Source of the DNA: Mobula hypostoma
Lineage: Eukaryota
Direction of reading: 5' to 3'
NCBI RefSeq assembly: GCF_963921235.1
Contig: NC_086108.1
Location: 44,208,001 to 44,272,000, forward strand
DNA: 64,000 bases
The notes below the pieces were generated by a model. The model was given only the letters and a program-made list of their open reading frames with translations. It did not search any database and had not been told where the DNA came from. Positions 12,020-24,448 of this stretch are shown here, piece after piece. The stretch's first letter is position 1. The number at the start of each line of letters is the position of its first letter. The translations under genes were made by a program, and so were the position numbers.

Positions 12020-13160
12020 CAGAGAAATTTGAAGCAGTGGTGAGGGCAGGGGAGTAGATGTTACCTACATGGGCTTTAGCAATGCCTTTGATTAGGTCCC
12101 ATATGATGGAACACATGGAATCCAGATGAGCTTGTCAATAGATACAAAATCTGTTTGGTGGTAGAACATAGAGGGTGGTAAGAGAGGTAGTTTTTCAGTA
12201 AGAGGCTCGTGACCAGCGGGGTGTTGCAGAGATCAGTGCTGGCTCCTCTGTTATTGGTGAGATATATTAATAATCTGGATGAGAATGTAGGTGGCATAAT
12301 TAGCATATTTGCAGTGACAGCAATATTGGTGTTGGATAGTGGACAGTGAAGAAGGTTGTCCAAGGCTACAACAGGGTACTGAGCAACAGGGAAATGGGCA
12401 AAGGAATAGCAGAAGGAATTTAACCCAGACAAGTGCAAAGTGATGCAATTTGGGAAGCTAAACCAGGACTGGACTTACACAGTGAACGGCAGAGCCTTGA
12501 AGAGTGTTGTTGAATGGAGAGACCTGAGGTTGCATGTAAATAATTCCACAAGTGTAGCAACACAGGTAGGCAGGGTAGTGAAGATGACATATGGCCTCCG
12601 TCAGGTAAGCCATCAAGTACAAGAGTTGAGATGTCAAGTTTCAATTATACAGAACATTACTTATGCCACATAGAGTATTACGTGCCATTCTGGTTGCCAG
12701 AATAAGCTACAGAGAATGGAGAACGATTCAAAAATGTTGTCTGGATTGGAAGGCTTGAGTTATTAGGAGGGACTGCATTTGTTAGATCTGCTTTCTCTGA
12801 AGCAAGTAACATGATAGAGTATATAAATTTATGAGCGGTGTAGACAGTATGGATAGATACTTGGTCTGTTGTCCATAAAACTAGGGAGCAGAAGTTTAAG
12901 ATGAGAGGGAGGTGGTTTCAAGGGGAACTGGAGGGGTAAGTTTTTCACAAAGAGTAGTTGGTATCTGGAATAAGCTGCCAGAGGTGATGGTAGAAGCAGG
13001 AATAGTAACAACATTTAAGAGACATCTGTTCAAGTACTTGAATGAGCAAGCTAGAGGGGGATATGAAATTATTGCAAGCAAGTGGGTTAGTGTAGACAAG
13101 CATAATGGTTGGCATAAACATAATGGGTCAAAAGAACTGTTTCAATTCTGTACAACTTAA
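12020..13160 (+). mobile_element. Old CR1 RT and 3' fragment
   Basis: Degenerate RT and FSQRVVGIWNKLP remnants. Confidence 0.75.
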
Positions 13161-13583
13161 AAGACTCTAAATCTTACATATTTTTAAAATATTCCTTCAC
13201 TCAGGGAGCTAATGGGCCCAACTCACCACCAAGACTAAATCTGTCCGCTTACACCACCTACGTTAGAGACTTGTGTCCAAGGACCCACCCTCTTTGCCAG
13301 TGCCCAGCATTCATGCTTCTCCCTACCACTCAACCTGCTCCCATCTACCCAGCACCACCAACCACAGGAAGGATCGATGCCCCTCACTCGAAGGAAGCCC
13401 AATCAAGACACCAATTCTGCCTCTCATGGCTTCCTGCCTTCGCCCTCCGGGAATTTCAAGTACAGTATCCGTGGCTCACCAGGAGAATTGTGAATTCTGC
13501 ATTGCCGTGAATCAAGCAGGAGTTCTACACAGTGCTCTGGTCAATATTTAGCCCTCCATCTCATCAGAACAGATAGCTGATGA

Positions 13584-16253
13584 AACACACACAAAATGCT
13601 GGAGGAACTCAGCCGGCCGGGCAACGTCTATGGAAAAAAGCACAGTCGACATTTCAGGCCGAAATCCTTCAGCAGGACTGGAGAGAAAAAGTTAGGGAGT
13701 AGATTTGAAAGATGGGGGAAGGGAGAGAGAAACACCAGGCGATAGGTGAAACTTAGAGGGGGAGGGATGAAGAAAAGAACTAGGAAGTTGATTGGTGTAA
13801 GAGACAGAAGGCCATGGAAGAAAGATAAAAGTGGGGGGAGCACCAGAGGGAGGCGATGGGTGGGCAAGGAGGTAACATGAAAGAGGGAAAAGGGGATGGG
13901 AAATGGTGAAGGGGAGGGGGTGGGGCATTACTGGAAGCTTGATAAATCAGTGATCATGCCATCAGGTTGGAGGCAACCCAAACAAAATATAAGATGTTGT
14001 TCTTCCAACCTAAGTGTGGCCTTATCGCAACAGTGAAGGAGGCATGGATGGACATATTGGAATGGGAATGGGAAGTGGAATTAAAATGGGTGGACACTGA
14101 GAGATCCCGCTTGTTCTGGTGGACGGAGCGTAGATGCTTGGCGAAGCGGTCTCCCAATCTACGTCGGGTCTCACCGATATACACGAGGCCACACCGGGAG
14201 CACCGAACACAGTACATAACCCCAACAGACTCACAGGTGAAGTGTCGCCTCACCTGGAAGGACTGTTTGGGGCCCTGAATGGTAGTGAGAGGGGAAGTGT
14301 AGCACTTGTTCTGCTTGCAAGGATAAGTGCCAGAGGGAGATCAGTGGGGAAGCACAAATGGATATGGGAGTCACGTAGGGAGCGATCCCTGCGGAAAGCA
14401 GAAAGTGGGGAGGCAGAGGGAAAGATTTGATTAGTGGTGGCATTGAGTTGGAGGTGGCAGAAGAATTATGTGCTGGACATGGAAGCTGGAGGAAAGGACA
14501 AGGAGGACATCTCTTTGTTTTTTTAGAATGAAAAGCCTCATCCTGAGAGCAGATGCAGCGGAGACAGAGGAACTGAGAGAAGAGGATGGCGTTTTTACAA
14601 GTAGCAGGGTGGGGTGAGGTATAGTCCAGGTAGCTGTGAGAGTCCATTGGTTTATAATAGACTTCATGGATAAGTTGTCTCCGGAGATTGAGACAGTGAG
14701 ATCGGGAAAGGGAAGGGAAGTGTTGGAAATGCAGCAGATAAATTTGAGGCCAGGGTGGAAGCTGAAAGCAAAGTGGATGAAATCGACGAGTTCAGCATGG
14801 GTGCAGGAAGCAGCACCAATGCAGTTGTCGATGTAGTGTAGGAAAAGTGCAGGACGGTCACCAATGCAGGCTTGGGACACAAGTGTTCCACGTAGTCAAC
14901 AAACAGGCAGGCATAGCTAAGACCCCTGCGAGTGCCCATGGCTCCCCCTTTTGTTTGAAGGAAGTGGGAGGAGCCAAATGAGAAATTATTCAGAGTGAGG
15001 GCAAGTTCTGCTAGGCGGAAGAGAGTGGTGGTGGAGAGGAACTGGTTGGGTCTGGTGTCCAGAAAGAAACAAAGAGCTTTAAGGCATTCCTGATGGGAGA
15101 TGGAGGTGTATAGGGACTGGACATCTATAGTAAAAATAAGATGATGGGGTCAGGGAACCTGAAATCCTTGAAAAGCTCAATGCCTTCAATCGCAGCTCTT
15201 CCATTTCATGCACGTTTGCTCTTACCCCATCCTCTCGCCACCCAACCAGGGATAGGGTTCCTCTTGTAATCACCTACCACCCCACCAATCTCCGCATCCA
15301 GCACATAATTGTCTGAAATTTCCACCATCTCCAACTGGATCCCACCACCAAGCACATTTTTCTCTTCCCCCTCACTTCCTGCTTTCCACAGGGATTGCTC
15401 CCATCATGACTCCCTTGTCCATTCATCCTTCCCCACTGATCTCCCTCCTGGCACTTATCCTTGCAAGCAGAACAAGTGCTACACGTGCCCTTACACTTCC
15501 TCCCTCGCCACCATTCAGGGCCCCAAACAGTCCTTCCAGGTGAGGCAACACTTCACCTGTGAGTCTGCCGGGGTCATATACCGTGTTTGGTGCTCCTGGT
15601 GTGGCCTCCTCCATATCGGTGAGACCCGACGTAGATTGGGAGATCGCTTCGCTGAGCATCTACAATCCATGCGCTAGAACAAGCAGGATCTCCCAGTGGC
15701 CACCCATTTTAATTCCGCTTCCCATTCCCATTCTCTTATGTCCATCCATGGTCTCCTCCACTGTCGTGATAGCCACACTTAGGTTGGAGGAACAACACCT
15801 TATATTCCATTTGGATAGCCTCCAACCTGATGGCATGAATATCAATTTCTCAAACTTCCAGTAATGCCTTCCGCCCCCACCACCCTTCACCATTTCCCAA
15901 ACCCTTTTCCCTCTCTCATGTTATCTCCTTGCCCATCCATCACCTCCCTCTGGTGCTCCTCCCCCCTTTCTTCTTTCTTCCATGGCCTTCTGTCTCTTTC
16001 ACCAATCAACTTCCCAGCACTTTGCTTCATCCCTCCCCCTCCAAGTTTCACCTATTGCCTGGTGGTTCTCTCTCCCCTACCTCCACCCATCAAATCTACT
16101 CCTCAGGTTTTTTCTCAAGTCCTGCCAAAGGGTTTCAGCCCGAAACATCAACTGTGCTTTTTTTTCCATAGATGCTGCCTGGCCTGCTGGGTTCCTCCCG
16201 CATTTTGTGTGTGTTGCTTGAATTTCCAGTATCTGCAGATTTTCTCTTGTTTG
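13584..16253. mobile_element. Neptune-type PLE inserted as an inverted composite (minus arm 13584 to about 15174, plus arm about 15175-16253) with 13-bp TSD
   Basis: RT (HYIDNC, the YIDD motif), linker YPCKQNKCYTCP, GIY-YIG (VMYCVRCSRCGLVYIGETRRRLGDRF). TSD agatagctgatga at 13571-13583 and 16254-16266. Confidence 0.9.
13643..13680 (-). ncRNA. Minimal hammerhead ribozyme motif in a PLE pLTR (core substitutions)
   Basis: CAGTC-CTGCTGA-AGG-ATTTCGG-CCT-GAAAT-GTC-GACTG. Confidence 0.65.
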
Positions 16254-17094
16254 AGATAGCTGATGACCATCGTTTATGGAGCCTTGTTCTGCACTATTAT
16301 CTGCAATGTTTGTTAAATACCACCAAGGATATGATTCAAATATACATCACTTTCTGATACTCTGGGATATCTGCACATCATGAAAAACACTTCATAAGAC
16401 ACAAATTTTCTTTTATTCCTGAACCACGCTTCAGGTTTTCAGCCTTACAACAGAACTTGATAACCTTCAGTAACACTTGCTGGAAGTTTTGAAATACCAG
16501 CTTGTTGCCTCCATAAATTTATTCAGATTTCAGAAGTGAATTGTGTGCAAAGCATTCAAGATTACCAAGCTGGCTTGTAATGCTGTGCATGTTTGACACT
16601 GAAATCTAAAGGCCAAAAGCCACAGAAAATGCATAGGTATGAACTAACGGCCAATAAATAAGCATCGAATAGTCCAGGATACTTGGATTTTAAAAAGAGA
16701 TGGGTAAAATTAAAAAGGAGGATAATAAGAAAAGAAATAAAGACAGAAGAGAGAAAAGATCGCAGATCAAATAGAATAAATTTAGGCAGCTATAAAGGCA
16801 GCAAGGAGCAAAAACTTCCAGAAATGTTTACAAGTCTCACACAATCATGATACTGGAAAGCAGTTTACAAGTCAAGAAAGCAAAAGTTCTTGTAACAAGG
16901 AATATACAATAGATTAGATTACTAACCAATAACCAATAAATTAGTATTACATTTGTAGTTTTAAAATGGGATTGAAAACCAATAAATCCCCAGGACCTGT
17001 AGATCTGCAGTGCAATGTTTTGACTAAAGATGTTGAATGTACTGGCTGTGATCTTCTAAAATTCCATAGATTCCAGAATGGCTCCCACAGAATG

Positions 17095-18208
17095 AGACCC
17101 TCCACTGCGTGGGGTCAAACATGAGGGCTGCATTTCAGCTGTCTACAATTTGGTCACCAAATTACAGGAAGGATATAAATAAGGTTGAAAGAGTGCAGAG
17201 AAGGTTTACAAGGATGTTGCCGGGACTTGAGAAACTCAGTTACAGAGAAAGGTTGAATAGGTTAGGACTTTATTCCCTGGAGTGTAGAAGATTGAGGGGA
17301 GATTTGATAGAGGTATATAAAATTATGATGGGTGCAGATAGAGTGAATGCAAGCAGGCTTTTTCCACTGAGGCAAGGGGAGAAAAAAAACCAGAGGACAT
17401 GGGTTTAGGGTGAGGGGGGAAAAGTTTAAAGGGAACATTAGGGGGGGCTTCACACAGAGAGTGGTGGGAGTATGGAATGAGCTGCCAGACAAGGTGGTAA
17501 ATGCGGGTTCTTTTTTAACATTTAAGAATAAATTAGACAGATACATGGATGGGAGGTGTATGGAGGGATATGGTCCGTGTGCAGGTCAGTGGGACTAGGC
17601 AGAAAATGGTTCGGCACAGCCAAGAAGGGCCAAAAGGCCTGTTTCTGTGCTGCAGTTTCTATGGTTTCTATGATACGCAAGCCAGAGCAGTATGATAAGG
17701 AAGGCAAGTTGTTGCCCATGTAGCATGTTCCCCCTCTCTATGCAGTTGATGAATCCAAAGGAACGGTAGGTACTAATACAATTTACATCAGTAGCGTCGT
17801 AGGAGTTGCCAGTCAGCATTGAATTCAACATAGGACTGCCTTAGGGACTCCAGCTCTGGATTATTCCTCAGGCTTTACTCCAGAAGCCTTCCCCATGAGT
17901 GGAAATAACCTCAAGGCAATGGAGGTTGGAGATCAGAACTTCCCTTCTCCTAGGTAAGCTGCCAGCCACGGCTAATGAGCCCCATCTGCCAGAAGCAACT
18001 GGTTTTAAGGCGCCAGTAACCCACCTTTGCCCCTTTGCCTGTCAGTAGAAATGGTTCCACCAGGGTTAATAACTAAGCCGCACGTGAAGGCCAGAAGCTG
18101 AACTTGGTTGTCAGAGGCTATTCAAGACACACACCATTAGGAGCATTTAATAAGTAGTGGGAGCTTATCCCACTATCACCCTCCAGGCTCTAACAACCTT
18201 TAGGAACC
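17095..18208 (-). mobile_element. Short non-coding RTE-related element (17673-18208, probably continuing at about 17095-17145 across the CR1)
   Basis: Resembles 5' regions of RTE-clade elements (ttctcctaggtaagctgccagccacggctaatgagccc); highly structured 5' leader; no ORF. Family call from memory. Confidence 0.5.
17146..17672 (+). mobile_element. CR1 3' end, 5'-truncated
   Basis: WSPNYRKDINKVERVQRRFTRMLPG...FTQRVVGVWNELP; tail ttctatggtttctatg. Confidence 0.9.
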
Positions 18209-19449
18209 TTCTCAGAATGAAAGGGAGCAAATATAAATTTATAGTACTTAATGAAAGGTGGGAAAGAGCTGGCAACGTGGCAATCAAAAGCTGGCAAAAG
18301 AATAAATATTAGCTATATAGCCAAGCAAGTTGTCACTCTGCTGTTCAATTAATATATCAAAGCAATTGTTGTTTGAATTATTTTAAAACTGAATTTCTTA
18401 ATTTGAAATGATTAGAGGCTATTCAAGAAACTGACAAAAACACAGAAAACTGCAATGCCACAGGCAATCACCCATCAGGTTAGGAAAACAGGAGTAAAAC
18501 GGATAACCTGATAGGGCAAACAACAGGAACAGGATAGGGCAGGCAGCAGAGGGACCTCATGTTCCAACTTGCCTCAAACAAGGCACACAGGTCTATTTTC
18601 TCTTCAAAAGCAAGGTTAGTAATTTGACTCCAGAAAAATTTGTTGCGCATTGTGCAAATTTACCAAGAAAATTTACATGTAAAAATTATTTAGCATAATG
18701 ATAATCAAGTACAGCAATCCCTCAAGACAAAAAATTATTATGAGCTCACTATCTGGAATAAGAATGAGAGTAAGAGTCAGAGAGAGCAAGAGAAAACTCT
18801 GTCTAGTTCTAATTAGTGAAACATTTACTATATTTCTCTCTTAACAGATGTGGTCTGACCTGCTGACCATTTCTAGTATTCTCTATTTTGTTTAGTTTTC
18901 AGCACCTGCAATTTTTTTTTGCTTTTCAATAGCTGATATGACCTTTGGCTTTGACTCCATTTGTCATGCAAAATATCCACCCCATCCAGCATCCTCAAAC
19001 TCGTCTGTCTTAAAGGGATCACCCTCAGTCCTTTAAGATGCAGAATATGTCTGTTCAATCATTCTTCATGGGCTAAATCGTTCATCTCAGGAATCAGTCT
19101 AGTGAACTCCGATTAATCAGTTTACTCAATCTAAGTCTCACTATTTCATGAGCCTATAGGTCTAGACTGATAAAATTAAACTTGCATTTGCATGGTACAA
19201 GCTGCAAGATATTTAATATCCAATTTTGCATTTGAAGTACAGTTATTTTTGTAGCATAAGAAAATGAAAGTGCTAATCTAGAGTGTGCAATTAAAGTGCC
19301 CAAAATGGATTGTTAAGGCATTTTAATAATATTCAGCCCCTAAGACTCAATATTCAAATTCTTCTGTGTCTGAGGAACTAAGGAAATATTAATATTCTAG
19401 AAGACATGCAACAAAAATAAATAGATCTACATTAAAGTCTACATTAAAG

Positions 19450-20162
19450 GCTTAGCAGCAGATTTTCCACAGTAGTCTGTGGCAATGAATTCCATAGACT
19501 CACCAGCTCTGGCTAAAGAAATTCATACTTATCTCTGCTCTAAAGGGACGTCTTTGTATTCTGAGGTTGTACCCTCTAGTCCCAGAGGCTCGCACTATTG
19601 GAAAATTCCTCTCCACGTCCATTCTATCTAGGCCATTCAATATTTGATTGGTTTCAATGAGATTCTCCTCAATTTCCTAAACTCCAATGAATACAGGCCA
19701 AGAGCCATTAAATGGTTCCTCATACAATAACCCTTTAATTCCCGGGATAATTCTCGTGAGCCTCCTCTGAACCCTCTCCAATGTCAGCACATCCTTTCTT
19801 AGATAAGGGGCCCAAAACTGCTCACAATATTCCAAGTGCAGTCTGTCAAAATCCTTACACAGCCTCAGCATTACGTCCTTGCTTTTATATCCTAGCCCTC
19901 TTGAAATGAATGCTAACATTGCATTTCCCTTCCTTACTACCTGCAACCATCATGTTAGCTTTTAGGGAATCCTGCGTGAGAACTTCCAAGTCCCTTTGTA
20001 CCTCTGATTTCTGAACTTGCTCCCCATTTAGAAAATAGTCTAACCCTTTACTCCTTCCACCAAAGTGTATGACCATACACACCCCTACACTATGTTTCAT
20101 CTGCTGCATGTTTGCCCGTTCTCCTAATCCTTCTGCAAACTCCCTGCTTCCTCAACACTACC
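19450..20162 (-). mobile_element. CR1 3' fragment
   Basis: NAMLAFISRGL...[16 protein letters not shown]. Confidence 0.85.
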
Positions 20163-20270
20163 TAAAATACTTTATGATGTCACACTATAGCATCAGATTT
20201 TATAAAACACAGAGCATTTTTTCTCAATTATTGGAACAGAATTAAACACTTTGGAAAATGAGATTGTTAC

Positions 20271-20340
20271 CTGAGGGTATACTCAAAGTCAATATCATCC
20301 ATTGAGGCAGTAACACACGGGCGATTTGCATGTCTCTCTG
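20271..20340 (-). CDS. ACOT11: ACOT11-like coding exon, 70 nt (AERHANRPCVTASMDDIDFEYTL)
   Basis: Manual translation. Acceptor ctaccctgcag, donor AG|gtaaca. Phase 1 in and phase 2 out fit the neighbouring exons. Matches ACOT11 AERHAGCPCVTASMDDIYFEHTI. Confidence 0.9.
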
Positions 20341-23300
20341 CTGCAGGGTAGGGATGAGAGAAGCAGGAGATTAAAAAAAGCATTGTCAACAAAAAGTATC
20401 AACTTAAAGCCTAAAATTTACTTAATCATTTCATGCAATATAACGTAACAACATACGTAGGATAAACATATTTTGGCTCTGAATGCTGCCTGCACTTTTC
20501 ATTATGAGGCATTCCAAAAATTGAAGCCATCAAATTTCCTTGAGTAGGTAATAAATCTGCTACTCCCAAGATATCTCAATGATATCAAGGGTTTATGAAT
20601 AAGGACACTGTAGATTCAGAAGCCCAGTAAGATACACATCACTATGCACATTCATTAGGTCATAAATCAATTAATTCTTTTACAGGAATTGTTAGAGTAC
20701 AAATACTGACAGAATGAAACGATCTGAAGTCTGCCGGCCGGGATGCAAGGACTTGTACTCTGGTTATGATGGTGCTGAGAAATAGTGACACTTTGCACAC
20801 AGCTCCAATGGAAATCATCAAATATTTGTGTTTAAGACTACCACAGGTGAAATCCACAGTCACAGCCATGGGTACTTCAGTAAGCAGCATCATTTCAAGA
20901 CGTTTAAAAAAAACCTATCGAAACTAAAAATCAGTTTACTCCAAAAAACAGACTCAGATCGTGAGCGTAGTTCCCTTTTAAGAAAATGGACAGCTCAGTC
21001 TTTTAAAGGTAGAGGAGGTAGAGTATGCTTTATGAGTAACTCGCCATGGTGCACAGATGTGGCAGTTCTATCGCAGCCCAGCTCACCTGACCTGGAACAT
21101 CTAGCGGTCAAATGTCATCCTTTTTATCTGCTGGGGAATTTTCTGCCATCATCCTGGTGGCGGTGTATATTCTACCTCAAACCAATGTAAGGCTGGCCTT
21201 GGTGGAGCTGAGCACTGTAAACGACAGATACGAGACAACACAACCTGATGCCTTCCCTATTACTGCAAGGAATTTCGACTACACCAGCTTGAAGAAGTCT
21301 GAGAACAACTACCACCAACATATCACCAGTGGAACCAGAAAAGCCAACACACTTGATCACTTTTATTCCACCATCAAGAATGCTTACTGTGCCATCCCAC
21401 ACCCACACTTTGGAAAATCCGATCACCAGCCTATACTGTTCCCAACATATTGGCAAGTCTAAAGACCGCAGCACCAGTAGTGAGAACCAAGAAGGTATGG
21501 TCAAAGGAGATGGAGGAGCACATACAGGACTGCTTTGAGTCAGTAGACTGGACAATATTCAGGGATTCATCTTCGAATCTGAATAGATATGTCACAGCTG
21601 CCATTGACTTCATCAAGACCTCTGTAGATGAATGTGTGAGTGTGTTTGAGAACATACCGTTCATATCAAACCAAAAGCCATGTATAAACCAGGAGATTTG
21701 TAGTCTGCTGAGGGCTAGATCTGTGGCATTCAAGACCAATGCTCCAGAACTATACATGAAGTCCAGGTACAACCTATGAAAGCTTAATAAGAGTGAGGAA
21801 ACAAATCTGATTCAGGTTAGCTGTGGGATCAGGTGCACTTCAGCTCTCGTAGGGTTTGCAGGTCATTACTTCCTACAAAGTGAAACTGAACATCAGGAAT
21901 GACCATGATGCCCCACTTCCAGGTGAGCTCAACGTCTTTTACGCACGCTTTGAAAGGGAGAATGAAACCAGACCTGTGTGAATCCCTACAGCATCTGGTG
22001 ACCCTGCGATCTGTCTTAGAGGCTGATCTCAGAACATCCTTCCATAGAGTGAGCCCTTTGCGAGGCATTAGGCCCTGATGGTGTACCTGGCAGGACTCTA
22101 AAAACCTGTGCCAACCAACTGGCGGGAGTGTTCAAGGTCACTTTCAATCTCTCACTGCTGCAGGCAGAGGCTCCCACCTGCTTCAAAAGGGCGACAATGA
22201 TACCAGGGCCCAAGAAGATCAGGGTTAGTTGCTTTAATGACTATCACCCAGTGGCACTCATATCTACTATGATAAAATGCTTTGAGAGGCTGGTTACGGC
22301 CAGAGTCAACTCCTGCAGGACCTAGTCCTGCTACAATCTGCCTATTGTCACAACAGGTCTACAGCAGATGCCATCTCAGTGGCTCTCAATGACTCTCCAT
22401 TCAGCCTTCGATCACCAGGATAATAGCAATACCGACGTCAAGCTGCTATTTATTTACTACAGCTCAATGTTCAACAGAACCATACCCTCAGTTCTAATCA
22501 ACAAGCTTCAACATCTGGGCCTCTGCAACTGGATCCTTGACTTACTCACAGTCAATGCAGATCAGAAATGACATCTCCTCTTTGTTGGCAATCAACACTG
22601 GCACACCTCAAGCATGTGTGTCCAGCCCACTTCTCTACTCTCTCTACATCCACAACTGAGTGATTGGGTGCAGCTCAAATGCCATCTATAAATTTGACGA
22701 TGACACAGCTATAGTCAGAATTTCACACGGTGATGAGAAGGTGTATAGGACTCAGATAGTCAGCTGGCTGGGTGGGGTGTAACAGCAACCTCGTACGCAA
22801 CATCAGTAAGACCAGGAAATTGATTGTGGACTTCAGGAAGGGGAAAATCGAGGGAACACACATCAGTCCTCATCAAGGAATCAGACCTGGAAAGAGTGAG
22901 TAGTTGCAATTTACTAGGTTTCAACATCTCTGAAGATCTATCCTGGCCACAACATATCGATGCAGTTAGAAAGAAGGCATGATCGTGATCGTGACTGCAT
23001 TCTATTAGGGGTTTGAGGAGACTTGCTATGTTGCCAAAGACACTCGCAAATTTCTACAGATGTATCGTGAACAGCATTCTAACTGGTTGCATCACTGTCT
23101 GGTATGGAGGGGCAGCTGCATGGGATCGGAAAAAGATACAGAAAGTTGTAAACTCAGCCAGCTCCATCACGAGTACTAGTTTCCCCAGCATCAAGGACAT
23201 CTTCAAAAGGCGATGTCCATCAAAAAGGACATACATCTCCCGGGGCATACACCCACCAGGACATACATCCCCCAGGGCATACACTCTTCTCACTGCTACC

Positions 23301-23689
23301 AAAGAGTACAGGAGTTGGAGGTCACACACTCAACATTTCAGAAACAGCTTCTTTCCCTCTGAATGGACAATTAATCCATGAATACTATCTCACTATTTTT
23401 CTTCTCTTTTGTTACACTACTTATATATATTAATTTGTATTTTTTATTATATACTGCGATGTACTTCTGCCATATGTCATGTGACCAGCAACAATGAATT
23501 ATCAATTGAGGCAGGTTTTATAAAAACCAAACAAATATTTATTAAACTCTGCTCAACAACAGCGAAAAGTATTCAAACGACTAACTTAACCAGAAGTTAA
23601 CTGCTATACAGCAACTCTGGAACAGTTCTTAAAAGGGTAAATTCGAAAACAGTTCTTAAAGTGGTAAATTCGAAAGTCCAAGTGATTTA

Positions 23690-24448
23690 GATTAGATTAT
23701 GAGGACACACAGTCCTCTTTTATTGGACGAAGGATCTCGGCCTGAAACGTCGACTGCACCTCTTCCTAGAGACGCTGCCTGGCCTGCTGCGTTCACCAGC
23801 AACTTTGATATGTGTTGCTTGTCCTCTTTTATTGTCATTGAGTAATGCATGCATTAAGTAATGATACAATGTTTTTCCAGAATGATATCACAGAAACACA
23901 TGACAAACCGACGGAAAAACTGACAAAAACCACATAATTATAACATATAGTTACAACAGTGCAAAGCAATACCGTAATTTGATAAGAACAGACCATGGGC
24001 ATGGTAAAAGTCTCAGAGTCTCTCGAAAGTCCCATCATCTCACGCAGACGGTAAACCTCCAGTGCCGCAAACTTGCCGATGCGGCATCCTGGAAGCATCT
24101 GACCAGAGTCCAACTCCGAGTCCGTCTGAAAACTCCGAGCCTCCGACCAGCTCTCCGACACCGAGCACCGAGCACCATCTCTGCCGAACACTTTGACCCC
24201 GGCCCCGGCAACAGGCAACAGGCAATAGGCAAAGCCAAGGATTTGGGGCTTTCCCCTCCAGAGATTCTCGATCGCACAGTAGCAGCAGCAGCGAAGGGGG
24301 CATTTCAGAAGTTTCACCAGGTGTTCCTCCGTGCTTCTTCACGTCTGTCTCCATCAAATCAGGATTGTGCACGGCATCCTAGTTCACAAATACGATATCA
24401 ATTCGGAGCGGCCACGTGTGCTGCATCACGCCATCTTCTCCTCCCTCC
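23690..24448 (-). mobile_element. Non-autonomous retroposon family X, copy 1
   Basis: Homologous end to end with 28291-28967 and 34171-34846; (TAATC)n 3' tail; possible TSD ttta. Confidence 0.8.
23726..23820 (+). mobile_element. 95-bp PLE tail insertion with 14-bp TSD
   Basis: TSD gtcctcttttattg at 23712-23725 and 23821-23834; the other two family X copies show the empty site. Confidence 0.9.
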
